From positions 1,240,001-1,304,000 of the forward strand of contig JBHGNT010000016.1 of the NCBI GenBank assembly GCA_043228905.1: a DNA stretch of 64,000 nt, given 5' to 3'. The position numbers and the translations under genes are program-made. The notes under the pieces were generated by a model, which was not told the origin of the DNA, searched no databases, and was given only the letters and a program-made list of their open reading frames with translations. Positions within the stretch are counted from its first letter, which is position 1, and each line of letters starts with the position of its first letter. This DNA is from Azolla caroliniana (taxonomy: Eukaryota > Plantae > Polypodiophyta). Shown here in pieces: positions 12,535 through 25,940 of the stretch.

Positions 12535-14052
12535 AACTTACAATCTATCTAGCTTCAGAATCTTAGGCATAGTTAATGGGATTTTTTAGTCACTTTTGTT
12601 TTTATTTACTTTTATTTAGTTACATGTAATCTGGTTATTCTCAAAGACCATTTTATGACGACCAGTTTATGACGCATCTCTTGTTTGGTCTTATAGGCCA
12701 TGTTTGGCCTATTAAAAGGAGTTAATATACTTTTCTCTCAAGGAAATGTACATTGTTCCTACTTTAAATATGTATGGCCTTAAGCCTTACGCTATTCATG
12801 CTCAAAATCATGAGTTGCCTCATAGATCAATTTCCAGTTTCCAATATTAATATATACCTCCTTTCTTCAGGGAAAAGTGGGCTCATATTAGGCATACAAA
12901 AGCCTTGCAGCATTCAGTATATACAGCTGCAAAATCTAAATTAGTAGGAGATTCTAGCCTCAAGTTCTTAGCATTGATAAACTGTAGCTTCTCTATACAT
13001 ACATATATACCCAGATGATGACTTTGAAAGTAGTTTTACATACAGTTCATATATGGAAAAGAAATAGTGGACGTTTTTCTACTTGCTTTTGTACAAAAAC
13101 TCCCAACAATTACATATCAATCGAAATTGAAGAGGTGTCTTGGGTTTCATCTACAGGATGAAATATTTCATGTCCTATGGTGACTGTCAGCTAAATAACA
13201 AGACTTTTTTCCAAAAATTCTACGTGGATTCTGCACCAAGCTTCTGTGGGGGACCACAGATTCATGTTGTGAATTGATGAAAAAAAGGAAATTCCAATGG
13301 AAACAATCTGCATGCATAAGTACATTTATTTTTTGTTTTTTACTACATTCACAAAGCTCACTTTCAGTTAGATCTAATCATGATGAAATTTACCTTAATC
13401 TTGTTGGCGATACTAAGGATGGTGGCTTTCTTTTTAAATATTCTTTGTATATAGGAAGCTTCACTTCTTCCTTGGGATTACTATCACAACTATTACGAGA
13501 TCGAAATGTGGGACATGATGATGAACGTGAACCTAATGCATGATGAATTCCACATTAGTCATCAAACAAGTATAAGATCTCAATTGTGACAAATCTTTAA
13601 CAATTATCTAGCCATTATGGAAAATAATTCTCTTAGTGTCAGTCTCATGAAAGTTCAACCTGCATACCTGTAGTCTTGGTAAAGCGATTATGACATGGTG
13701 AGTTCTCTCTGCTAGATAAAGGAGTTGTTCTATGGCTTACAGGTCTTGAATTCACCCTAACAATGATAATATATAGCGCTAATAAGATTGCAGGCACGTT
13801 ATCATTTGTAAAAGACAAAATTTGGAAATGAATTGCGAAACTACCAATGAATATATTTTTATACCATAGTTAAGGGAAGTTACAGTAAAATAAAACTATT
13901 TCCAATCAAAAAAGGAAAAGATGATAATACGTACAAGCAAAACAACCATGGTACTCTATCAAAGAAAGAAAAACAACCTTGGTTTATTTACCTTATTTTG
14001 CTATATGAATTTTCCATATTTGATGCTCCTTGCAACTTCAACCTAGTGATTA

Positions 14053-14136
<84 letters not shown>

Positions 14137-17100
14137 AACACACAATCATATTAATAAATGTGTGAAAAACACTATTTACAATAGGTGCCACAATAGTAAG
14201 GTCAACCATTAACTACATGGGTAGTGGAACATGTTGAATTGCCAATAGGCAAGATGAATACTCCATTACGGAAAAAAATTCCAGTTGCTCTAGTAAAAAA
14301 AATTCTCACATTAGTACTCCCTTCAAGTTTTGTAGATATGCTTTCACTCCATGCCTACTATCAAATACAAAAGCATTGCGCATATCCCAATTATAACGCA
14401 ATCCCCAATAGCTCAGAAATAGTAAAACAATCTCCATCTTTGATTTTGGGTCAACATATGTAAATTGTGCAAACACCCACTGCCTAGGCATCAAATAACA
14501 CCTTGATAAAATTTGCCAAATTTGATGAGCAATCGCACATTGTATAAAACGATGAGCACTATCTTCTACTTGAATGTTGCTAGTCCACGATGCTTTAGAG
14601 CTAATCCATAGGCAATCCCCCAATCAAAACTCTCCAAATGAAGGCCTTTGCTACAAGTGGCAATTTAGAATGACAACTATGTTTTAAGATCTGTCACCAC
14701 CCATGACCAGATTTGTATATTTTCCATTCTTCTTCACCCTTGGAAGATAGCTATCCAATAGACAACGGAGCAATGTACAAAAGATTAGTAGTCACCTATA
14801 AAACCGGCGTTTGACCGTAGACACCAATCAATCAACGGTTGTTCACCTATTTGGAAAGGTAAAGGACTTTGCATCAATGCAATATTTTGTAGTGTTGACA
14901 TATAAACCCGTAATTAGGCATTATACCTAATAATTGGCGTGCTTCAAGAAAATCCAAAATTCTTTGAGATGGAGCCTCAGCTATATCTCCCACCTCTTTA
15001 ACCCCCAAACGAAACGAATGATTAAATTAAGAGTGCAATCTCTCCTTTCCAAACCAACATAATAATTGACAAGACACAAGTAACTCATTTTACAAAGAAT
15101 TACAATGCTTTCTACTAGATGATGGTTTCCATAGGCATAATAAGAGTGCTTCTTGCTCTAAGGTAACTAAGTGTTGAACACATGAAGAGCTCGGAATCTT
15201 AAGTAAAATACATCCGTTCAGTAATTGCCACCATGAAACCTTAATCGTTGTCTTTCCATGGGTTAAACCCTTGGTCTCAATGAAATATTAACCAATAGAC
15301 ATCCATGGTTGTGAATTTCAACACATGTCTTGTAATAATGAAAATCTACAAGCCATCATATGCATAGGCAAGTCCAATATTCCAGCTCCCCCCAAGTGCT
15401 TAGGTGTTGCTACATGATTCCATGCAACCCATGTGATTCCAATTTCCCATCTTATCCCCTTCCTCCACAACAAATATCGAAGAGGTTGCAAAGCCTTCTT
15501 TGTCCATGGCAACGATGGCAAGTAGTATAATATCATGGGTTCCATAATACATTGTGCAACCTTCATGCATACATGAAATGGCCAAGATTGTGACTTCCCA
15601 GATGAAGTTACATAAAGATTGTCATAGTCATTGTATACAAATGCCTTTACCACATACCAGGTAATGCACCCAAGAAGTTGGTATGATAAGGAATGTCATG
15701 ACACAAGATAATGCTTACAACGCAAAGTAACTTGGGGAATGTATATACACCCAAGCAAGGGCAACCTTCCATTGCCTCATGAGGATGAGGAAGAGATTGT
15801 ACTTAGCTAAATTTGAAGAACATATATTGCTTGTTCCTAGGACAAGAAAGTAAAAGAGCATGAAAATCTTTAATGAGGGGCAACCTACCACACAACTGAC
15901 CTCACATCAGGTATGGTGTGAATATGCAAAGGTACTATATGATATCTCTAGGCAGCCCCCACTCCCCACCCACATAGCTCACATGGGTACACCTTTTTTA
16001 CTCAAAATATAAGAAACGCCATTGATCGATTACAATTTGGGAAGGCCCAAGATCATGAAGGATTAGTAGGTGAGCACTTTATCTATGCTCGTGACATCTT
16101 GCTCCCATTGCAAACATAAATCTTTAATAGAGCTATATGTGAAGGTTTCCCTACTAACTAGATGGACAGAACATACCCTTGTGCCAATCCTCAATGATTT
16201 CCCACATGCTAAGGAACAAAGCATTGGTGCCCCGTGATACACTTAGGACAGAGATGCGAGCAGCCCTATGATCATCAAGGCGTCATTCCGATCAGAGAGC
16301 TATATCCAACGGCTTTGGGAACTCCCTAAATGAAGGTACTCAAGATTGCCACTTATGCCATCAAAACAACTTGCTGAACATGGAGACATTCATTGTTGGT
16401 TCGATTCACATGGCATAAGCGTAAACACCCCACCCCTGTTCCAATATAGCTTAGATTGTCTCCATCTAAACATGAGCACAATGGAAAAGAACAGAGTGAT
16501 CCAAACTGATATATTAACTTGGAAAACAAGATAACATGGATCAGCCCCAAAATATCACTTGGTAGGAACATGGCCCACTATAAGACAGTTTCTACGCACA
16601 TCGAAAATAGATTCATCATCAGGACAACTTATATGACATGCATCTATCCTACGCATTGCATAGTGCGATCAGGCAGCTGCGAACTTCATCGCATCAGTTA
16701 GCGATTGAGGTAGGCAGATATACATAAATACCTCATCTGCCAACTGTGTCATCAGCGAGTGGAATCTGAATGATACTATGTTTGTCATTGTAGTGTTTTT
16801 TATGAAATAAGAGGGAGATACCATTACCTCTTCAAGCACAGCCCACACAAGGTAATGGAATATGAGGATCAAGGTGCTTGGGTATTTTCTTGCTAGAACT
16901 CAAGAGACAGGAAAAAGTTGCTAAAGGACAACAATACAACGACACAAGCTCATCAACAAATAACAATCGCAACTTTCTTTAGCTCAATACACCTCTTGCA
17001 ACAAGTCAATCAAGGGCTACACAAGTTGGCTCCCAACAAGGACGTTGCACAAAGGGGTTACAATAGATAGGGCAATCGCAATTTTCCATGCAATTAGATA

Positions 17101-20100
17101 GGGCAACCACAATAGATAGGGTAATTGCAAAGGGGTATTGACAGATAAATGCCATTATCTCCCACTGTTGCAACTGCTTCCCTCAGGGAAAAAACAGGTT
17201 TAATGCAGACTTCACTTGATTACAACAATGAATTTCATTGACTCCGTTCTCCCTCCACAAGCTCTGTTCTCCCTCCACATCGCCCTTGTCATCAACAATT
17301 AAATTCCATTACCACCAACCACTGAAGTTGCTTGCCTCAAAGCCTCTCCTTCTTGGGAGGCCCATGTTGGAGATTTTTTTGACAGCAACAGTTCCAGTCT
17401 ATCGAAATTCAGAATATTAAGTGCTTAGATAATTAGATTCTTTATTGTGGTTTACCGTTTCTTAAAAAGGGGCAAAATTTTAAGATGCAATTTCTTGTTC
17501 CGTGCTATATGCTATTTTGGCCTCTTAAAAGATCAATCATATAGCTTTCTTTCCTTACTTTACCCAAAAACATGGTATTCAGACCTATCAATAGCATGAT
17601 ACTCTTTACCATTCTATAGTTTTCATTTATTACATGTTACTATGCTTTGGCTTCATCCAGAAATCCCTAAATTCTGCAAACAAATTATGCAAAAGGATGT
17701 AACATGCGACTTTTGAGCCTGTTCTGCAAACTAACAATGCAAAAGGATGTAACATGCAATAAAGAAACACAAAATCCTTCCACATCTAGATTACCATGAC
17801 CCTTTGGAACTCAAACCATGTCAAGAAATATTCAACCAAAGAATGTGATCAAGCTCAAATCAAACATTAGTTTCTTGAAAGCTTTCATGACCCTGTTCAA
17901 ATTAGTAAGATATACCAGGAGGGAAAGTATGTGGACCAAGATGAATTAATGACAACAGCTTACAATAGTCAATGAAAATTGGGTACAACAACTTTCTGTG
18001 TTGAAATTTTGGAACATTCATCCAACATTTGTAAACTACAAAACAACACTCAATTATAAATTATTGGAACAATTATGATACCTTCTCTTCAGCTGCTCAA
18101 GCTCTCTCTCCATTGTTCGAAACTGTAAACGCATGCTTCTTTCAGATTCTCTCGCTTGTCTCACCTACAACGTTTCCATTAAGAAGTATTCATATAAACT
18201 TTGTCACTGATGGCAACCAATGGATCTTTGTATTTAAAAGGACAATTAATGACATGGATGAATTTAATTCATAGAGTCAGATACATTTATGTGATCGCTA
18301 GCAATGGGTGTGGTTCGGTTTCGGTTCGGTTTCTTGGCCTTGAAACCAAACCAAACCATTTATTTATATTAAAAACCAAACCAAACAGTTTAAATTTTAT
18401 GAAGCCATTTAAACTGAACCATTTAGAGCCGAACCGTTTAAACCAAACCGTTTATAAAACAATTTAGAACCAAATCAAACCTATAAACCTTTAAACCTTC
18501 AAAACTTTTAAACCTTTAAACCAAACCAAACCGAAACCGATAAACCAATAAGCCGCTAAACTGCTAAACCATGAAATTCAAAACCGAACCGAACCGAAAC
18601 CAAACCGGATCATAATATTTGAAACCAAACCAAAATGTTTATTTATCTTTGAACCAACATACCATTAATCCATGGCTTAACGGTTCAGTTCGGTTTGAGC
18701 TGAAACCGTGCCCATTGCTAGTGACCGCAATGTCATAAAACAGTTAAATCGCAAATACTTTAAGCATGTGAATAAATGAATTATAAATAAGAAATCTACA
18801 GATTTTTTACGAGAAAAGAAAGCAGCCTTTCCGTATTCTACAGATCCATAGAATAAACAAAGAAACCCAGTTAGCTTGCATAAAGCCCCTCTAATGTTCC
18901 AAAAAAACAATTTGCTACCAGCACCTGAGACTGAAAAAAAAAAGAGGAAACCCACTCAAGGATACTCATTATTTTGACCCTATTGATAGCCTATAGATAT
19001 ATACCAGTAACAATCTTTAATTAGACCTCATAAATTGTCCTACGACTACCCGAATCTAGAAGATATACATGTTGTGACATTGTCAATAATCTCCTATCTC
19101 AAAAAGCTAGGCAAGTAGTGCCTGTCTTTCTATCATTGCCCACTTCTGTGCAGGATTCGTCTATTACTAGATAATACCGCAATTCCAACTCCATTCACAA
19201 GCCTTGTAGGAATTGAAAATTATACAACAAGAGTAGCATATTCTTCCTCCCCATATGAAAATATGTTTGTGGTTGTGCATCCCACCTTGGGATACCCATC
19301 CAACAGAATTGTTTGACCGGAGTTGCATCCTGATTCTCCACACCCAACCCAAATGATTTAGCCATTGTAACTAGCCTTGATGAAAGGAACTTCAATACGC
19401 CCACCTGAAAGAAACACTGTTTCAATGCCAAAACTTTTGATGACTAGACTATGGCTAATTTCTTACAGATATGTGGGTCTGTTTATGAAAGTTGCATCAA
19501 TGTTACTATCTACATTTTATAAAAACAAATCTTCGGGAAGGACAAAAACCTCACCTCACCTTGTCTACTAAAGCCAGTTTTTCTCTCGTGAGATTTGCCA
19601 CCAATTTCTCTCTTTTTTCCTTCTCTATCTTCATCAAAGTCTGCACATAAACCCATAAATTTCCATGAACACCATTAATAACGGATTTTGTTTCCATCAT
19701 ACCTATGTAATATCAGATCAACTTCAGCTTACAAAATGATAATGGGAAAGACATAAAACATGTGAAAGATAAAAGAATCTTTCGGAACAACCATTGCAAT
19801 ACTTTTACCTATGCTCAGTACATCCTTTGCCCAGTTGACTTTACCCAGGTCCTCTAGCATTAAATGTAGACAATATGATGGCCATATTATCCACATTCTA
19901 CTGTTGGAAACTCCTCTAGATTGGTATCTTTATCCTAGAATATAGCAAGATTTGGAGTTATGTAATGCTCAAAATCATGGTGCAAGATCGATGAGGTTTT
20001 TCCTAACACATTCCGAAGATATCCACTGGCAGATCCTGATCTCATACTTCACCAACAAAAACATCAATGTGACCAGCAAGTCTCATATTTCCAGGATAAT

Positions 20101-23100
20101 AAAACGGAGTCCTCAAGAACTGTCATTGCATACATGCATTTGAGCAATTTTTTCCAATCTCCTGTCACCTATGGTATGGGGGGAACCAACATACTTTCAC
20201 TTGCCAGACAGTTCTCATGCAGATATATCTGGTAAGTCCATTGTTCCAGTCATTCAGAGCATTCTCAAGTCAAGAAGCATTATAATGATCCAGAAAAATG
20301 GTTTGTCACGCTGATTATTGTAAGGTGAAGAGAACATAGGAATTGAGAAAGCAACCTGCTGATATGTGAGCAGCAAGGTGAAGAGAACTAGACTTCAAAA
20401 GAAAGAGATAAAATACCATAGAATAGATCTTTTATCATCCATGATGAGGCCAATTTTGACCTACGAGACCAAATCAACATATCATCTTGTATGTGAATCC
20501 TTCCTCAGAAGGGGAGTTACTACTCTGTAGTACTAACTCTTCCATGATGATGATATGAGGTTACCTCAACACCTCACTTGTGTGAGAGAGTCCAAAAACA
20601 GTGTTAAGGCTCTCCTCGAGCCAAGGCTCATGGTGTAGGGAGATGCAATTGGATACGTTCTGACATTTTTTCCTTGTATTGCGGCCAACATTGAGGGTCA
20701 ATATTTGCAATGTAGCATTCCAATTTTGAAATTTTAGCATCTTGCCACTTCATCCTTGGTGCCTCTAGTAATCTATCCTCAATGATCACATACTTCATAA
20801 TATCACCTAAGAGCTCCAATATATCCTTTACTCCCCATATCTTAAACCATTTCATATTGTCAAGCACTCAGCCAGATGAAAACGGCAAGGATTTAGATTA
20901 AACTGTTTAAAATGTTACGATAGCTTTTATTTTATTCACTTTTTCAAGCATATGTATGCATATTATAGATACTAATGCCTATGTTGCACAGTCCAAAAAG
21001 ACATTACCATTCACATACACAAAAAAAGACTGTCAAAAGATCAAATAAGAAAATATAAGGTTTTGTCTGAAAGGTAAATATTTTAATGTCATTTGATATG
21101 TAAGGATCGTACCACCTCAGTAATGGAGTGTTACATGTTTTTATAGGATTATAGAAATGTCAAGACTCCATTGTAAGCTAACAGCCAAAGCATTAAGAAA
21201 AAAATAAAAGAGAATAATACCTGAAGATGGTTTGCTCGATCTTCCAAAGCTTGTACATCCTTTTGAGACATCATCTGGAAAATATTTCCTGGTAAGTATA
21301 TTTAATTCATTGCTAAATAGGCATGCCACCTTTTGTAGGAATAAAACAATTTACAACAGCCTATTATGAGTTATTTGTTCAACTAAATCAGCTTGCAGAA
21401 CCTTTGCCTCAAGCTTTGACAGAAGTACACTGCATTTCTTTTGATACCGAGCCAGTTCATTTGCCAGTTTCTGGTTGTCATTTCCAATTGTGTTGCTAAT
21501 CATCAAATACACAATTCAGCAATACATTAAATTTCATCAAAAAGTTTATAATTTGTCCTTGAAGAGAAAGTCATGGCCTAGATCCACATTCTGAAAACCG
21601 ACATACAAATTCAATTAACTTTTACCTATCCTCCTTATATCCAAGGTGTCGTATCATGGAGTCCTCCAAACATCTGACCTGAGAGTAAAAGAAAGGCATA
21701 ACGTTTTCAATGATTATTCGAGAATGCAAGTAGAGAGCATAATTGCATTTTTTATTTGAGTTAAGCATTTTAACTTGTCTGGCATCCATAAAAGGGTTTT
21801 CAAAATGTTCAGTTAGTTCATTTCACATCTTTCGAGAGTGATTCTAGTGTCCAACCTGTGTAAGAAGTTTATAATTTTCTTTCCTTAGTCTTTGATGCTC
21901 ATCCTGATCTATATTTGCAGCATTTTCTACCTTTTCTTGACAGGTCCCTTGATGTTGGAAGATATACAGCTGTTTCTTTAGGCTTTCCACCTCAATTCTT
22001 AATCTCTTTATTGTCCTCCTAAGAACATCAGGCTCTTGATTTTCTTCATGGGCAAGTGCCAAGGGATAATGTATTCTGAACAAAGGATCAGCATTGACAT
22101 CATTCATGGCAGTTCTTAATGTAGAGCATAATAAAGAACACTTTAGTCATACAACCGGCACATAAGTCTAAGATATCATACTCACTAACTATGGCAGAAT
22201 CAAAGCTTGAACTCCAAGAACCAGAGTATTACTAAGACTAGACACAAAGGAAGAAAGACTTGAAGGCCCACTCAAAACCAAAAACAAGAAAAGACCAAAT
22301 GTAAAACTTAAGTAACGATCTTTCAACATATAGAAGACGATAAAGTCTCACACAATTACATATGCTTGCGAAAAGATTGTAGTATCTTAGGGTATCAACT
22401 AGCTTTTCCCTTGACATCAACTAGCTTTATTACATTATCTAAATAACAAATGATTGAATCCAAGTTTTCTGCATATTACAGTATTTGAAGTACATCATTC
22501 ATGCTTTTGTCATTAGGTCGTCCAAATTTGCAAGATAACGGAATACAACATTGACCAGAAATTTTACCCTAATATGTGCATTATTATCATGAAGGATTCA
22601 AAATAGCATACCTATCGAATTCTCCAACATAAGTCAATATAAGATAGCGCTTATTGATAGTATTAGCACGCTTAACTCGGTCTAAATTCCTTGCTTTCCT
22701 GATTAAGATGAAGAGTCAAATTGCATGACATGTGATGATTTCGTTTTTTTATTTAAATTCCCAACGATCTAACGAAGACCAAAACTGACAATGCCTTTTT
22801 AATATATTTTCATCCAAGCATTTGTGAACCTTCATAATTTTCTTGTATAATGTGTCATCTACTTCTGGAAAAACAAATACACAATTGTTTGATATTTTGG
22901 CATGTAACCACATCATACCGGCACTTCAAATCTTCAAGGTCATTGTTCGTTAGCAAGTCAACAAAAACAGAATCTGAATCTTGAAGTATTGCAGAGTAAA
23001 GCATTTTCACAAATACCGAAAATTTCTTATAACTTCCTATCCTTTGAGTCATGTCTTCAATATCTGCACCATCAAAATTATGGGAAATTTATACACTAAA

Positions 23101-25594
23101 CTTCATGCACGTGAAAATCATGACTATCAAGAATGTGTTCATCTACATAGGAATTTGGGTGTATACCAATCATCAAGAATGTGTTCATCTACATAGGTAT
23201 TTGGGTGAAACTCCATGCACATGAAAATCATGACTATCAAGAATGTGTTTCTACATAGGTATTTAAGTGAATATCCATACAAAAGTTTCACGCATGCACA
23301 AATACATGTTTACGGTTCGTATAATATTTATTACTGGGTGGCCAACCAAAATAGAGTGAAAATCCAAGATGAAGTAGAATAAGAAATAACTACGATCTAC
23401 CCTAGAAACCACCTGAAAAGAAATTCCTTGCTTCATCCTCATTTTTATGCCTTGCAAGCCCAAGCAAAACCCATAGTTGGAACCTCTAATCTGTAGACTG
23501 TGACATGAACCACTCAGTCAATCATCATTCCATGCAATATTCTTGTTTCATGATGTTACTTTTCTAGTTCAGATTTGGACTGGAGTTTCTTCATTTGAAC
23601 ATGTGGGATACAGTCAACTACACCCGCTGAGTAAAACATCAACTGAAGTGGCAGCAAAAATGAGAGAATGATTCATATCAGCAATTTGTTGATGAAAGGT
23701 AAGCTGATCATACAAAACAGAATGGATATATAAGAAAAGACATAGTCAGGCTTGAAAATCCTGACAACTGAATCAATTATTACAGGTGCAAATCTGATGC
23801 AAAGGGGAGAGAAACCTCTCGACAAGAGATGGTTGATAAGAAATGGATGACTAAGAATGATTAGTAGCAAAAAGAGAAGAGAATTCACCTCCCAGATTAG
23901 AGCTATAAAACTGCTGTAGAGGAGAGGGATGTGCTAGAACGTTTAAATGACTCTCCATAAAAGGTTGGGGAAAACCTTATGTGAAGATTTATAGAAAAAG
24001 ATGGGTAAGGATTTATTGTTCACAACCTTCCAAACTGAAGTAGACAATATATGTGCGAAGAAAATTTCTGTGATCACATTATCCCAAACATAATGGCATT
24101 GGATTTCGATGTGTTTGGCATGGGCATGAGATACCAGATGCAGCTTTGATTATCATTGAGGAGAATGGTGGCCCCAGATTGCGATCACGGTATTTATTAC
24201 CTTCCGAGACATCATAACCCAATTGTCCCACGTGAAGAGTGGCAAGCACATAGCAACTTTAGGCTGACATTTGTCGATGCATGACATAGGGCCAAATCAG
24301 AATCATATCATCCAAGAAAAATGCGCCCAATATCACATCAATATAGAATACGATGCACGGAGGTGCCAGATAGATACCAAAACGTACATTGTGGAACAAA
24401 CAGGTGACCTTGATGACTATTGGCAATAAAGGAGTTTAGTAGCTGACAATAGAGATATTGATCGACATGTTTAGACGATCATGTTTGGACAGAATGAATC
24501 CCAGGTGAAATGAAATCATGTAGAATCGCCTGGGCATAGGATTTAGGGTTTGCAGAGTTACAGATACAGATCTAAATTTGTGCTCGACTCTTCTTCTCTG
24601 TGTCACTTAATCAAAAAGCCAGAAATTAAAATTCCTATATTTGTAAAGTTGGGCATCCATATCTGAATTCTAGCTAGATTGTTATTTGCATGTGGTGAGC
24701 ACTTACATACTGGTCTGCCTGATGAAACATTCTCTTGGACTAGATCAGTTTCTTGGCTTGCTGCCCAACGCGGACCAAACACTTAAGGTGTTTGGATGTA
24801 AGCAACAGGATGACAGAAACTTATGCTGTGTAAGCAAATAACAGGAAAGCAAGATAAAGTTCTACATTCTGTTGACAGGCCAGGGCAAAAGCCATTAATT
24901 TTCTATTGATCGATTAATGAAAGAAGGCATTTTGGAAAGTTGAAGGAAACCTATCAAACTTACAACATTAAAGAAGATCATGATAACTCAAGAGTACACG
25001 TCATCTAGTAGATTGATCAATCTAACTGTTATGCGAATAAAAGGAAGCTTCCAACATTGTGGAAGATCAAACTGATTTAGGAGTACTGTGTAAAATCGTG
25101 AATCAATCAATTTGAAGGATATTAGAAAACAGATGAAAGTGCGCATAAATTCGTTGCTCCCAAACCAACTAGCATTTTTCAGAGTAGAATGGAAGACCTT
25201 TACAGTGTCAAAGGAGATAATATCAAAAGGATCCCAAGAATGTTTAAACTCGTAGATATATCAAACTGGATTTTTCAGAGTAAAAGGAAGAGGAAGAACT
25301 GTACAAAAATCGAAAGGAAATACAATTGCAAACTGGTTTGAGAGTTTTGTATAAACTCATGGACTTACTTCGAGATGAGAAGCTAGCACGCCAACGAGCT
25401 CCATCGCTCTTCTGCTCAGCTTCGACCATCAACACATCCGCCGGGGTCACACAGACCGTGATGATGTATCGCAAGTTCTGGAACGTGAGCTCTCCTTTGG
25501 AAGCGTACTGATGAAGATTCGTACCGCCGTAGTCAATTACGTTTTCTGAGGAAGCTTCGACCTTCTCTTTCTGTTCGTCGCTAGCAGAAGCCAT
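11086..25594 (-). CDS. CCDC61: CCDC61/VFL3 centriolar/basal-body coiled-coil protein
   Basis: Phase-consistent GT-AG exons: 25594-25369, 23063-22919, 22698-22612, 22075-21856, 21678-21626, 21495-21402, 21274-21221, 19640-19560, 18164-18082, 14042-13992, 13756-13668, 13532-13394, 12423-12312, 12178-12138, 12043-11938, 11733-11680. The head domain reads WRASF...IEDMTQRIGSYKKFSVFVKML...VDLLT..DLEDL...KRYLILTYVGEFDRIHYPLAL, which is diagnostic of CCDC61. The final exons are unresolved (candidates 11328-11255 and 11139-11086). Confidence 0.9.
12455..12535 (+). mobile_element. Short LINE 3'-tail copies ending in (CT)n; related copies at 12680-12740 and 17494-17550
   Basis: Shared TTGTTTGRTCTTATAGGC...TTTGGCCT..TAAAAG..GTTAATATA followed by a pyrimidine microsatellite. 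Confidence 0.6.
14058..14131. repeat. (CT)n/(GA)n microsatellite
   Basis: Perfect dinucleotide run of about 74 bp. Confidence 0.98.
14300..16900 (-). mobile_element. Degenerate L1-type LINE ORF2 within a CCDC61 intron
   Basis: LRYLLW...WVAWNHVATPKHLGGAGILDL (L1 post-RT motif), EDSAHRFIQCAIAHQIW (zf-RVT), and RRID/LTDA endonuclease-like remnants near 16.6-16.7 kb. Many stops. Confidence 0.75.
16035..16195 (+). mobile_element. RTE/L2-like reverse transcriptase fragment
   Basis: KAQDHEGLVGEHF...IFNRAICEGFP..WTEHTLVPI resembles the N-terminal RT motif KAxGxDG...FP..W....IVPI. Confidence 0.65.
16920..17185 (+). mobile_element. Dispersed repeat, homolog of 5545-5790
   Basis: Direct sequence match to the reverse complement of 5545-5790. 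Confidence 0.65.
18299..18720. mobile_element. Non-autonomous hAT element (MITE-like)
   Basis: TIR TAGCAATGGG/CCCATTGCTA; 8-bp TSD GTGATCGC (18291-18298) / GTGACCGC (18721-18728); many subterminal AAACCG/AACCGAA motifs. Confidence 0.9.
19050..20900 (-). mobile_element. L1 ORF1/ORF2-start remnants on both sides of CCDC61 exon 19640-19560
   Basis: IILSTFNARG at ~19850-19885 resembles the APE endonuclease start (ILSxNVRG). ORF1-like PVK..W...P near 19.3 kb. Highly decayed. Confidence 0.4.
23105..23265. repeat. Local tandem repeat, three partial copies
   Basis: ATCAAGAATGTGTT(CAT)CTACATAGG occurs three times and ATGCAC.TGAAAATCATGACT twice. Confidence 0.85.
23880..24600 (-). mobile_element. Ty1/copia RT-RNaseH remnant in CCDC61 intron 1
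   Basis: The minus strand reads NPKSYAQAI, IVFYIDV (LYVDD-like) and ILLNDNQSCI...HAHAKHIEIQCHYV (copia RNase H), then a PPT-like GGGAGGTGAA at ~23884-23893. Confidence 0.75.
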
Positions 25595-25674
25595 GGATTC
25601 CTGTGGGAGCTTCTTGGAGACGAAGGAGAAGACGACGAAGAAGAAGAAGAAGAAGTTGGCAGATATCTGTCGTC

Positions 25675-25940
25675 TGTTCTTGTGTTGGTTTCACACGTGG
25701 GCGGACAAATTATCTACCAATCGGTTTCACACGTGGGCGGACAAATTATCGACCCTTTGGTTTCATGCCGAGACAGCCTCGTGATGATGGTGGGCCAAGT
25801 GGCATGTTCTTGTGTTGGTTTCACACGTGGGCGGACAATGTATGGACGGGGCCGGTTTCACACATGGGCGGACAAATTATCGACCCTTTTTGTTTCATGC
25901 CTAGATAGCCTCGTGATGATGGTGGGCCAATTGGCATGCT
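25675..25940. promoter_or_regulatory. Tandemly duplicated G-box/ABRE-like module upstream of CCDC61
   Basis: ~130-bp unit x2, each with two GGTTTCACAC(G/A)TGGGCGGACAA motifs. CACGTG at 25694, 25730 and 25824; TGGGCC site-II motifs; 80-345 bp upstream of the ATG. The repeat is certain; its function is inferred. Confidence 0.6.

Noticed and set aside
25675-25940. Repeat-spacer appearance resembling a CRISPR array, and an X-box-like GTTTCATGCCGAGAC
   Set aside because: Eukaryotic context, duplicated spacers and no cas genes. Plants lack RFX factors.
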